Below, piece by piece: positions 39,136 to 52,189 of a stretch of DNA of 64,000 nt (position 1 is the stretch's first letter; the number at the start of each line of letters is the position of its first letter). The translations under genes were made by a program, and so were the position numbers. The stretch is taken from contig OZ024764.1 in NCBI GenBank assembly GCA_964016885.1, positions 14,508,001-14,572,000 of the forward strand, in the 5' to 3' direction. The notes beneath the pieces were generated by a model, which saw only the letters and a list, made by a program, of their open reading frames with translations, was not told the origin of the DNA and did not search any database. This DNA comes from Eledone cirrhosa (taxonomy: Eukaryota).

Positions 39136-42100
39136 CAAACACACACACACACACACAGACAAACACACACAAACACACACACACACACACACAGAGACAA
39201 ACACACACACACACACACATAGACAAACACACACACACAGACAAACACACACACACACACAGACAAACACGCAGACGCACACACGCACACGCACACGCAC
39301 ACACGCGCAGATGTAATATCTCTGCTGCAGATGCTGCTGCTACTACTGCTGCAGTAGACGTAATATATTGATGTTGCTGCTGTTGTTGTTGTTGTTGCAA
39401 CAGAAGTGCAGTTTTTTTTCTGCTGCTGCTGTTGCTGCAGTAGCTGTTGGTTTAGTTACGGCTGCAGCGTGGGGTGTGATGTTGGTGTTGCAGTATATGA
39501 TGCGGTCGTGGTGCACCGACTGTTGGTGTTGTTGTTGCAGTTAACTGTGCACTGGGTGTGGGTGTGACACCACCACTATTGTATTTACCACACTATACTA
39601 CACTACACTATACTATACTACGCTATACTATACTATACTATACTATACTACACTATACTATACTATACTATACTATACTTACTATACTACACTATACTAC
39701 ACTACACTATACTATACTTACTATACTACACTATACTATACTATACTACACTATACTATACTATACTATACTATACTATACTATACTTACTATACTACAC
39801 TATACTACACTACACTATACTATACTTACTATACTATACTATACTATACTATACTACACTATACTATACTATACTATACTACGCTATACTATACTATACT
39901 ATACTACACTACACTATACTATACTACACTATACTACACTATACTATACTACACTATACTATACTATACTATACTATACTTACTATACTACACTATACTA
40001 CACTACACTATACTATACTTACTATACTACACTATACTATACTATACTATACTATCGCACTAACTACACCACACCACACTACAACACCATACTATACTAT
40101 ACTATCACACTAACTACACCACCACCAACACACTACACTACCATCCCCACACCACCACCAACACCACACCACCAACACTACACCACTAACAACACTACAC
40201 CACCATCCCCACACCACCACCACCACGAACAACACTACACCGCCACGAACAACACTACACCACCACCAACACCACACCACCTCCACCAACACCACACCAC
40301 CTCCACCAACACCACACCACCAACACCAACACCACAACCACCAACACCACAACCACCAACACCAAACCACCAACACCACAACCACACCTCCACCATCACC
40401 ACACCATCACCACACCAACACCACAACCACACCTCCACCATCACCACACCATCACCACACCATCATCAACACCACCACACCATCATCAACACCACACCAC
40501 CATCACCAACACCACACCACCAACACACCACACCACCAACACACCACACCACCAACACACCACACCACCAACACACCACACCACTACCACACCACACCAC
40601 TACCACACTACACCACCACCACTACACCACACTACACCACTACACCACACCACCACCACCACACTACACTACACTACACCACCACCACACTACACCACTA
40701 CACCACACCACCACCACACTACACCACTACACCACAACACCACTACACAACACCACTACACAACACCACCACACTACACCACACTACACCACACCACCAC
40801 CACACTACACCACTACACAACACCACCACCACACTACACCACTACACCACCACCACCGCTGTTACATAAGACAGAGTGACTGTACGGTAAGGTTCATGTG
40901 TTGTTTTGTCTGTCTGTCTGTCTGTCTGTACATTGTTTTCTATGGCGGGGGAGGGGGAATAAAGGAGATGAAGAGTTATCTGCCCTTTGCACCTGTTCAC
41001 CTCACAAACAGCCCCCTTCCTGTACAGCTGTAGTGTCACCACTAACACCTTCACCACTACCACAACCACCACTACCACACACACCATTACACAACCACCA
41101 CTACCACACACACCACTACACAACCACCACTACCACACACACAACCACCACTACCACACACACAACCACCACTAACACCTCCACCACCACTACCACACAC
41201 ACTACCACCACCACGACTTCAGACACCACTACATATCACTACCACCACCACCACTTCATACCACCACCACCACTACATACCACCACCACCATCACCACAC
41301 ACAACCACTACACACACTGCTACTACCTCCACCACCATCAGCACACCACCACCACTACAAACACCACAGCACCACAACTACGACATACACTACCACTATA
41401 CAACCACCATCACAACTCCCATTGCCCTACTACACACCACACCACCACCACCACTACACCACCACACCACCACCACCTATACACACCACCTCCTATACCA
41501 CACCACACCACCACCACCACCACCACACCACCTCCACCTATACACACCACCACCACTACAAACACCACAGCACCACAACTACGACATACACTACCACTAT
41601 ACAACCACCATCACAACTCCCATTGCCCTACTACACACCACACCACCACCACCACCACCACTACACCACCACACCACCTCCACCTATACACACCACCACC
41701 ACTACAAACACCACAGCACCACAACTACGACATACACTACCACTATACAACCACCATCACAACTCCCATTGCCCTACTACACACCACACCACCACCACCA
41801 CCACACCACCACCACCACCACACCACCACCACCTATACACACCACCTCCTATACCACACCACACCACCACCACCACCACCACTACACCACCACACCACCT
41901 CCACCTATACACACCACCACCACTACAAACACCACAGCACCACAACTACGACATACACTACCACTATACAACCACCATCACAACTCCCATTGCCCTACTC
42001 CACACCACAACCACTACACCACCACACCACCACCACCTATACACACCACCTCCTATACCACACCACCACCACCACCACTACACCACCACACCACCACCGC

Positions 42101-43259
42101 TACCCCACCACCACCTCCACCACCACCACTACACCACCACACCACCACCACTACCCCACCACCACCTCCACCACCACCACTACACCACCACACCACCACC
42201 ACCTATACACACCGCCTCCTATACCACACCACCACCACCACCACACCACCACCACCTATACACACCACCTCCTATACCACACCACCACCTATACACACCA
42301 CCACCTCCTATACACACCACCTCCTATACCACACCACCACCTATACACACCACCTCCTATACCACACCACCTCCTATACCACACCACCACTACACCACCA
42401 CCACCACCACTACACCACCACACCACCACCACTACCCCACCACCACCTCCACCACCACCACTACACCACCACACCACCACCACCTATACACACCGCCTCC
42501 TATACCACACCACCACCACCACCACACCACCACCTCCTATACCACACCACCACTACACCACCACACCACCACCTATACACACCACCTCCTATACCACACC
42601 ACACCACCACCACCACCACTACACCACCACCTCCACCACCACCACTACCCCACCACCACCTCCACCACCACTACCCCACCACCACTACACCACCACACCA
42701 CCACCACACCACCACCACCACACCACCACCAATACACACAACCACCACCAGACATCCCTTTGAGCCCTCCCTACGTGTTTTTTTTTTTTTTTAAAGAAAG
42801 GAGATTCTAATGACTACTATATCTAACATGGAGAGGCCACCACCTCTCTATATACACTAGCTGCTTCCTCATCCTATTCCTCTTCTGCCTCCTCTTTATG
42901 TTGTTGTTGTTGTTGTTGTTGTTCAAGTGTGTGTGTATATGTGTCGTTTTATATATACATATATCTATATATATGTATATATTTATTCATGTATATATAT
43001 ATGTATATTTATGCATATGTATTTATCTATATGTATGTATATATTTATGCACATATATATATATATGTATATGTATGCATTTATATATGTATATGTATGC
43101 ATTTATATATATGTATGTATGCATATATATGTATATGTATGCATATATATATATATGCATGCATATATATGTATATATATATATATATATATATGCATAT
43201 ATATGTATATATATATATATATATATGCATATATATGTATATATATATATATATGCATA

Positions 43260-43299
<40 letters not shown>

Positions 43300-43331
43300 T
43301 ATATATGTATATATATATATATATATGCATA

Positions 43332-43375
<44 letters not shown>

Positions 43376-43434
43376 TATATATGTATATATATATATATAT
43401 ATATGCATATATATGTATATATATATATGCATGC

Positions 43435-43466
<32 letters not shown>

Positions 43467-43472
43467 GCATGC

Positions 43473-43504
<32 letters not shown>

Positions 43505-43510
43505 GCATGC

Positions 43511-43542
<32 letters not shown>

Positions 43543-43775
43543 GCATGCATATATATATATATATATATGCTTGCATATATATGTATATATATGCTTGCAT
43601 ATATATGTATATATATGCTTGCATATATATGTATATATATGCTTGCATATATATGTATATATATGCTTGCATATATATGTATATATATGCTTGCATATAT
43701 ATGTATATATATGCTTGCATATATATGTATATATATGCATGCATATATATGTATGTATATATATATATATGTATG

Positions 43776-43831
<56 letters not shown>

Positions 43832-43900
43832 TATGTATGTATATATATATGCATGCATATATATGATACATGTGTGTATGTATGTCTTTATGTATGTGTA
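38750..43900. repeat. Large microsatellite field: (CA)n, (CTATA)n, (CAC)n, (TA)n/(TATATGCA)
   Basis: Direct inspection; explains the long low-complexity ORFs. Confidence 0.95.
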
Positions 43901-44209
43901 TAACTTGTTCATGTCAATTCTCCACAGCCAAGTTGGTAAGTATATATGTATATGTTTACAGTAAGTTCAGTTCAACACAGTCTATGTGAGTTACCTCCCC
44001 GTTGATTTTACCTCAAATGTTTTTGTTTGTTTTTATCTTCTTTGTTTTGTTTTGTTACTTTATTAATTACTGTTACATTGTTCTGTTCAACTTTATCTAA
44101 TACCTCTGCCAGCTCTTCTTCTTCCTCGGAAAATCTTTGGTGACCAAATAAACTTTTTTCAGTCCATTTGCAGTCCATATATGGATAGATATGAATGTAA
44201 AGATGTATT

Positions 44210-44900
44210 CTATCATTAGAAATATGTTAACAAAAGGGTTAAAGTGTTTATATTTATCTAAAGACCTTCCATCATAATTTTATGTAAGAACCTTTGTTAA
44301 GTTATGTTCCAAACACCAACAGTGTCTTTCATTAGAAATATGTTAACAAAAGGGTTAAAGTGTTTATATTTATCTAAAGACCTTCCATCATAATTTTATG
44401 TAAGAACCTTTGTTAAGTTATGTTCCAAACACCAACAGTGTCTTTCATTAGAAATATGGTAACAAAAGGGTTAAAGTGTTTATATTTATCTAAAGACCTT
44501 CCATCATAATTTTATGTATGAACCTTTAAGTTATGTTCCAAACACCAACAGTGTCTTTCATGAGAAATATGGTAATGAAAGGGTTAAAGTGTTTATATTT
44601 ATCTAAAAACCTTCCATCATAATTTTATGTAAGAACCTTTGTTAAGTTATGTTCCAAACACCAACAGTGTCTTTCATGAGAAATATGGTAATGAAAGGGT
44701 TAAAGTGTTTATATTTATCTAAAAACGTTCCATCTTAATTTTATGTATGAACCTCTGTTAAGTTATGTTCCAAACACCAACTTAATCATGAGAAAGTTAT
44801 ATTACTAAATCCCCTCAAATTTTTAGTTATTTTTTAAATGAATTGAAAACTATACGGGACAGTGTCTTTCATTAAGAATAAGGTAATGAAAGGGCTAAAT
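44210..44900. repeat. 116-bp tandem repeat containing a piggyBac-like end (aaaggg-TTAA)
   Basis: About 5 units starting 44215, 44331, 44447. Confidence 0.8.
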
Positions 44901-45080
44901 TCTGTTTGTTTGATCACTAAACTTTCCAAAGACCATCCAAAGTGAAGATTCTTCCCCACATACTCCTGTCTGGTCCTCTCTCTCGCTCTCTCTCTCTCTC
45001 TCCCTCCATAAAAAATATATATCACATCCCTCTTTTTCTGTCCATATATATCTATATATATACGCATACATGTGTGTATG

Positions 45081-45126
<46 letters not shown>

Positions 45127-45289
45127 ATATAAAATATATAATGATATATAAAATGATATATAATGATATATAATGATATATATAATGATATATAATGATA
45201 TATAAAATGATATATAAAATGATATATAAAATATATAATGATATATAAAATGATATATAAAATGATAATGATGTACATATATATATATA

Positions 45290-45339
<50 letters not shown>

Positions 45340-45626
45340 TCATTATCATTTTATATATCATTATATATTTTATATATCATTTTATATATCATTTTATATA
45401 TTGCCATTCTGAGTTCAAATCCCGCCGAGGTTAACTTTGCCTTTCATCCTTACGGGGTCGATAAATAAAGTACCAGTAATGCACTGGGGTAATTGCTGGC
45501 CTTGTGCCTAAAGTAGAAACAATTATCATTTTATATATCACCCCTTCTCTCTCTCTCTGTAATCAGAAGCTTTAACTCTTCTCTCTCTCTCTCTCTCTCT
45601 CCCCCACTGTTCCGTTCTGTTTACAG

Positions 45627-45792
45627 AAAGGTCGAGGAACTACAAGCAGACTTGTCCAGTTCTACACAAAGAATTGGAAAACTCAGCGAAACAATTGACC
45701 AAGTGACCGAGCAGACGGACAAAGAGAGGCTCTCCTTCACTGACCAACAGAAGGCCATGCAGGCTCAGTTTCACACACAACTTAAGGAAAAG
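45627..45792 (+). CDS. CLIP1: CLIP1-like exon E (KVEELQADLSSSTQRIGKLSETIDQVTEQTDKERLSFTDQQKAMQAQFHTQLKEK)
   Basis: Acceptor ttctgtttacag, donor gtaaac; 166 nt, phase 2 to 0. Confidence 0.87.
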
Positions 45793-45815
45793 GTAAACTT
45801 TATAGATATTCACTT

Positions 45816-45855
<40 letters not shown>

Positions 45856-46349
45856 TTTCTCTATCTTCATACATAAATTCCCTTCGTTAATTTTCAAATT
45901 CCTTTAATTTATACATTATCTTCCAACGGTTCTCAACCTCTCTATGTAAAACAATATATCTTTTTCTCAGTTATAAAAACTATCTCTCCCTCTCCACCTT
46001 CACTCTCATCTCCTCCCCCTTTTTTCATCCTTTCCACCCCCCCTCCCTAAATAAAATATTTTTTCCTCGCACATATCCTCCCTTCGTTAATTTTCAAATT
46101 TTTTATCTTCCAACGGTTTTCAACCTCTCTATGTAAAACAATATATCTCCTCTCAGTTATAAAAACTATCTCTTTCTCTCTATCACCCATCTCTCCCTCT
46201 CATCTCCTCCCCTTTTTCATCTTCCCCCCCCCCCCCTCTAAATAAAATATTTTTCCCAATATCACACATCAATCTAAAACCACTTTTCATATGTTGATTT
46301 AAAACTGCACTATCCACAAGTGTTTTTTAGCCTTCATATCATGTTCTCC

Positions 46350-46420
46350 TGTTTTATCTGATGAAAACACAAATATTATTGCATGATGATGTTTGTTTTT
46401 GAAATGCGCATAATAAAATA
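46350..46420 (+). ncRNA. Minimal hammerhead with long stem II
   Basis: tgttttat-CTGATGA-aaacacaaatattatt...gatgatgtttgttttt-GAAA-tgcgca-TA-ataaaata. Confidence 0.82.
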
Positions 46421-46692
46421 CATGGAACTCCTTTAACCATCTTTTGATCTTATATTATATATATATATATATAAAATAAAGTTAAATAAAAGTCAAATGA
46501 TTAAAATTTAGCTTCATTTATTACTGCTATATATATTTCAGTGACAGCCATCTTTGGCTGTGACCTCTTCAGGCAGTTTGAATTAGTATGGTATAGACAA
46601 GTACATATGTTGTTTAGGTGTATGATATTGTCAATACTCTGATATGCCCAGTTCCTTGTTGGGTTGTTAATTCACTGGGGAACTGGAGTCAA

Positions 46693-46747
46693 ACTGCCTG
46701 AAGAGGTCACAGCCAAAGATGGCTGTCACTGAAATATATATAGCAGT
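46693..46747 (+). ncRNA. Minimal hammerhead, family C (exact mirror on - strand at 46523-46577)
   Basis: actgc-CTGAAGA-ggtcacagcca(aaga)tggctgtcact-GAAA-tatata-TA-gcagt. Confidence 0.85.
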
Positions 46748-46893
46748 AATAAACGAAGCTAAATTTTAATCATTTGACTTTTATTTAACTTTATTTTACA
46801 CTACTCCGGAGTAACCAAACCAACCTGCGCACTTCGTCGAGTGCTCCAGCCTGCATACTGAGGTGTTGGTATACAACCAACATAAACTCAAAA

Positions 46894-46924
<31 letters not shown>

Positions 46925-46926
<2 letters not shown>

Positions 46927-47640
46927 TAGCTGAGGTACCCGGTAATACCAGGGAGCGAGGGAATTCCCATTAAAATGCCCAAGGCCTCTCAGACCACAAA
47001 TGAAATAAAAATATTGGACAGATAATCAAAAGCGAAGACAATTTCATTTACGAAACAATAATTGTTTCTACTTTTTAGCACAAGGCCAGCAATTACCCAG
47101 TACATTACTGGTACTTTATTTTATCGACCCCGTAAGGATGAAAGGCAAAGTTAACCTCGGCGGTATTTGAACTCAGAATGGCAAGGGCCGTAACTCTATG
47201 CATCAAAGCATGGCATCCGACCCTCTACCGACTCTGCCAATCCATTGCCTTTACGAAACAATAATACAAACAAATATTGTTGGTTGCATTGGTCAGGCGA
47301 AAAAATGTTTGTCAGAGAAGTTAAGTGTTGCTATAAGGAAAAAATTAGAACCCCCATTAGGGTGTCTTAATATTATTGAAACTTGCTGAAATTTTGTGAA
47401 TAGGCATCATATCTCGTCATTTACCTATGGTTTAAATTTCATATAAATCGAAAAAACAAAATTAAGCGGGGTTTGAACCCCCAGAGAACCCTTTGATTAA
47501 AATGAAATATATGTAAGAAATCAAATGGGCATGAGCTCCACACATGTGTCAACTTTCATCAAAATGGGTTTGGTAGTTTTTGAGTTTTAGGTTCACAAAC
47601 AGACAAACAAATACAGAAATTGCCATATATGTATATAGGT
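46925..47640 (-). mobile_element. Non-autonomous Helitron/Helentron-like element with nested SINE B
   Basis: tactagc...tacccgg..ccaggg hairpin end; acagacaaacaaa...atatag at the other end; same layout as 50858-51440. Confidence 0.5.
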
Positions 47641-48487
47641 ATTCCAAACCAAACATACACCCCAACTCACTACCCCTACTCCATCCTTCTACTCCTGCCA
47701 ACACCACCCTTCTACTCCTGCCAACACCACCCTTTCTCTGTAAAGTTATATTGGTATTACAACATCCAGTCCCCCCCCAAAAAAAATAACAACAATACAG
47801 TCCACGCTGTAATGTGGTCGTGTAGGTAGCACGGTAAAAAGCTCCCAGTCCACACTGTAAATGTGGTTGGGGTTAGGAAGGGCATCCAGCAGTAGAAAAC
47901 CTGCCAGATAGTCCTACACGGGTGAGACACTGTCGCCCGACCAATCTTGCCTCAAATGGGACAATTCCCGTCTAACCCATGCTAGCGTGGAAGATAGACG
48001 TTAAACGATGATGATGATGATGATGATATATATATATATATCCTGATTGTATTTTCATTGTTGTGGTGGTTTCTGCGGCTTTGTCCCCTTAACCACAGTT
48101 TTCTATTTGTCACACCTTTAACGTATGTTTATTACTCTAAGATGTAACTCATCGATTTATCGATATCCTCATATTGAGTGCTTCATGCAAAGCTTCCAAA
48201 TATTGTTTTCTCTGTGGATGGTGGCCAAGCGCCGCGACTTCAGTTTTACTCACTTTCACTCTTATATATATGTGTGTGTTTGTATATATATCATCATCAT
48301 CATCGTTTAACGTCATATATATATATATATATGTATGTATATATATATGTATGTATGTATATATGTATGTATGTATATATATATGTATGTATATGTTTCT
48401 CTTTCTCTTAATTTCGACTATATTTTTTGACCGGCCACCTTCCTGGTGGCAAGGTTGTAAAAGAAAAGAAATTTGTCATCCCTTGAA

Positions 48488-48628
48488 TCACAAGATTGTT
48501 TTGCAAATTTTGAAGGTGCCAGCCATTTGTAGTCTATAAATTAGGGAGTTGTACACTTTGTCCACAAATCCAAGTTCAGTTATACTTTGTTCCAAGCGGA
48601 TTGGTATATAACCTGTAGCTCCAATATG
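48488..48628 (-). mobile_element. C-terminus of a restriction-like-endonuclease non-LTR retrotransposon (R4/Dong-like)
   Basis: Reverse frame HIGATGYIPIRLEQSITELGFVDKVYNSLIYRLQMAGTFKICKTIL*. Confidence 0.6.
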
Positions 48629-48644
48629 TATGTATATATATTTA

Positions 48645-48707
<63 letters not shown>

Positions 48708-48949
48708 GGAATTTTAAGACAGCCAAGGTTAATAAATTATTATTTGTACATACATCTCTACAAACATTTCAATGCGGCTAGAATATCACATCCATTTGCA
48801 GAGCAACTGGGGATTATTAGTTACCAATTATCCTTGTTGTGGGTGCTTTATATCGGTAAAGTGCATCGAGCTTACCTCGTTTTACCAAAGAAAATAGTGA
48901 AGTACGATATTATAACCTCATATATTATATATGTCATGAATTATTTAAC

Positions 48950-49156
48950 CCTTTAGCATTCACATTACTCTATTTTTATTACTGTATTTTCACAGTAAAC
49001 ACTTTATCTCACAAAATATCAAATCTACAAGATTTTGATATGATTTATTTTGAGAACAATACCTTAACATAAGTATGAGCAGCCAGTTACAGCTGGTTCG
49101 AACAGAAAGAGGTGAGAAAATTCTGACCAGATATGGTCAGTTTAAATGTTAAAGGA
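48950..49156. mobile_element. piggyBac-type MITE, diverged copy
   Basis: TTAA-ccctttagcattcac...; homologous to 56645-56861. Confidence 0.7.
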
Positions 49157-49359
49157 CTACATTACATAGAATTTGAATTTGGTAAATATAAGCCCACAAT
49201 TTTAGGGGTTTGGTTTGGTTAGGTTTGGTTAGGTCGGTTTTGATTCTAGTTGTTGTTGTTGTCATCATCATCATCATTTAATGTCTATCATCATTTTACG
49301 TCCGCTTTTCCCTGCTTGCAAAGGTGGTATTGATGAAAATGTTGTTGTTCTTCTTCCAG

Positions 49360-49575
49360 AACAGTGAAGTTGAGAAGCTGCAAAGTAAAGTGAACAAGCA
49401 GAGCGAAGACTTTGGTAAGGAGATGGAGGAGGTGGTTGCGAAGAAGGAGGGGGAGGTGAGCGAGATGAGGAAGACCCTGGAGGAGAAGAGTGGTGTGTTG
49501 GATGAGCTGAAGGAGGAACAACAGAGCCAGAAGACTGAGTTGGAACAAATTCACAGTGAGAAGGAGACACTTCTG
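49360..49575 (+). CDS. CLIP1: CLIP1-like exon F (NSEVEKLQSK...IHSEKETLL)
   Basis: Acceptor ttcttcttccag, donor gtgagt; 216 nt, phase 0 to 0; E/K-rich coiled coil. Confidence 0.87.
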
Positions 49576-49649
49576 GTGAGTAGACGCATTATATATCTCT
49601 TCTTCCCCATTTATTGTAAAGGCGGTGGATTGGCAGTAACGGTAGAGGG

Positions 49650-50245
49650 TATGGACATGGAGGATGACCACTGGGTAAAGAAGTGCCAAGAAATCCCAGT
49701 AGAAGGAAGATGCAGTAGAGGTAGACCTCGAAAAACATGGGCGGAGGTGGTGAGAGAGAAACTGTGTATAAGAGGGATAAGTTGTAGTGTGCAGGAGAGA
49801 AGGCTGAGGTGGTATGGACATGTAAAGTACATGGAGGATGACCGTTGGGTAAAGAAGTGCCAAGAAATCCCAGTAGAAGGAAGATGCAGTAGAGGTAGAA
49901 CACGAAAAACATGGGCGGAGGTGGTGAGAGAGAAACTGTGTATAAGAGGGATAAGTTGTAGTGTGCGGGAGAGAAGACTGCGATGGTATGGACATGTGAT
50001 GTACATGGAGGATGACCGCTGGGTAAAGAAGTGCCAAGAAATCCCAGTAGAAGGAAGACGCAGAAGAGGTAGACCACGAAAAACATGGGTGGAGGTGGTG
50101 AGAGCAGACCTCAGATCACTGAAGCTCATGGAGGAGATGACAAAGGACCATGACAAGTGGAGAGATGCTGTGCTGAATAGGACCCGTCCCACCCTTGCAA
50201 GTAGGGAAAAGCTGATGTAAAATAATGATGATGATGATGATGAGT
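49650..50245 (+). mobile_element. RTE LINE 3' end with a 174-bp unit in about 2.6 copies, inserted in a SINE B
   Basis: ERRLRWYGHV.YMEDDRWVKKCQEIPVEGR..RGRPRKTW repeats; tail plus (ATG)n; SINE B head at 49620-49650, remainder at 50250-50345. Confidence 0.85.
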
Positions 50246-50344
50246 TACCTCCCTTTATGATCTGAGTTCAAATCCCGCCAAGGTTAACTTTGCCTTTCAC
50301 CCTTATGGGGTCGATAAAATGAAGTATTAGTCATGCACTGGGGT

Positions 50345-50555
50345 CGATATATCCACTCCAAAAGTGACCACCTGTACCTAGTATATCATCTATCCACTCC
50401 AAAAGTGACCACTAGTACCTGGTATATCATCTATCCACTCCAAAAGTGACCACCAGTACCTAGTATATCATCTATCCACTCCAAAAGTGACCACCACTAC
50501 CTAGTATATCATCTATCCACTCCAAAAGTGACCATCTCTACCTAATACATCCTCT
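50345..50555. repeat. 41-bp minisatellite, 5 copies
   Basis: Unit tatccactccaaaagtgaccac... Confidence 0.9.
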
Positions 50556-50596
50556 ATCATATGCTGTTGTTTTTTTTTTTTTTCTTTTTGTTTCAG

Positions 50597-50800
50597 TTTG
50601 AGAAAGACCGACTTGAAAAGCATGTCCGCCGTCTGGACAGTGAGAAGGAGGCTGCAGTGGAGGAGGGGGCTAGTCTACAGGCGGAAGTGACCCGGTTGAG
50701 ATCTGAAGGAGAAACTGAGAAGATGGAAGGCCAGGAGAGGAGTGACAAGTTACAGGCTGCACTGAAGGAGGTGGAGAAGGCTCGTGTGGAACGGGAGGAG
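50597..50800 (+). CDS. CLIP1: CLIP1-like exon G (FEKDRLEKHVRRLDSE...KARVEREE)
   Basis: Long polypyrimidine tract plus tttcag, donor gtaaga; 204 nt, phase 0 to 0. Confidence 0.87.
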
Positions 50801-50857
50801 GTAAGACACACAACCTCCTCTACTACTACACTGCTACTATATATATATATATATATA

Positions 50858-51440
50858 TACTAGCAGATGTACCCGGCGTTGCTCGGGAAATGAATGACAG
50901 CCTGAATTGCTCAAGGTCGTTTATGGCTTAGCTAGCAATTTCTGAGTGCATGTCAGCTTATGTCAGCTAATAGGCGAGCCAATGAGAGGTCGACTCAATA
51001 GCACGTGCCAAATCGGCCTGGTACTTCAAAAGTTAACAGGGGCCTAGTATTTGTACACAGACAGATACACACACAAAATCGATTTTTCAGCCCCAATATC
51101 GATTTTTTTTTTTCAAATTTGTTTTTGGCCAAAACCTGCTCTGGCATATAAGCAATACGTGTACCAAATTTGGTTGAAATCGGCCTAGTACTTCAAAAGT
51201 TAACAGGGGCCTAGTATTTGTACACAGACAGATACACACACAAAATCGATTTTTCAGCCCCAATATCGATTTTTTTTTTTCAAATTTGTTTTTGGCCAAA
51301 ACCTGCTCTGGCATATAAGCAATACGTGTACCAAATTTGGTTGAAATCGGCCTAGTACTTGAAAAGTTAAAAGGAGCCTAGTATTTGTACACAGACAGAC
51401 AGACAGACTGACAGACCGACTTGCTTTTATATATATAGAT
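50858..51440 (-). mobile_element. Non-autonomous Helitron/Helentron-like element with 167-bp internal duplication
   Basis: actagcagatgtacccggcgttgctcggg hairpin end, (acag)n tract, ttttatatatatagat end. Confidence 0.6.
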
Positions 51441-51544
51441 AAAGGAAGATATGGTATTGTTTATGTATATCAGGAATGGATGTTTGAACAAGAAAGCTGC
51501 TTACCAGACACACAAACATCTGTTAAAGCAAATAAATTCATCAT

Positions 51545-52155
51545 CGTACACTGTTCATTTTACTGATGTTTGTGCATTGCCCTATGTACTGTACATGCAC
51601 TTTTTTGATGAGTTGTGGTGCACCTGGGCACTGTACACAATATTTCATTATTGTTATTGTTATTATATCATGACTCATACGCTGTTCATTTTCCTGACAC
51701 TTTATTATTCTATGTACTATACATGCACCTTTGATGAGTTGTGGTGCACCTGGGCACTGTACACAATATTTCATTATTGTTATTATATCATGACTCATAC
51801 ACTGTTCATTTTCCTGACACTTTATTATTCTATGTACTATACATGCACCTTTGATGAGTTGTAGTGCACCTGAGCACTGTACACAATATTTCATTATTGT
51901 TATTATATCATGACTCATACACTGTTCATTTTCCTGACACTTTATTATTCTATGTACTATACATGCACCTTTGATGAGTTGTAGTGCACCTGAGCACTGT
52001 ACACAATATTTCATTATTGTTATTATATCATGACTCATACACTGTTCATTTTCCTGACACTTTATTATTCTATGTACTATACATGCACCTTTGATGAGTT
52101 GTAGTGCACCTGAGCACTGTACACAATAATTTCATTATTGTTATTATTATTATTA
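51545..52155. repeat. 120-bp tandem repeat, about 5 copies (single related unit at about 60420-60500)
   Basis: Units at 51731, 51851, 51971, 52091. Confidence 0.9.
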
Positions 52156-52189
52156 TCTCCAATGCTAAACTTTCTATAGCCAGCCTTGC

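Noticed and set aside
38474-43964. Long ORFs of 200-620 aa rich in H/T/P/Y/I/C/V
   Set aside because: Translations of (CA)n, (CAC)n, (CTATA)n and (TA)n microsatellites, open in several frames on both strands
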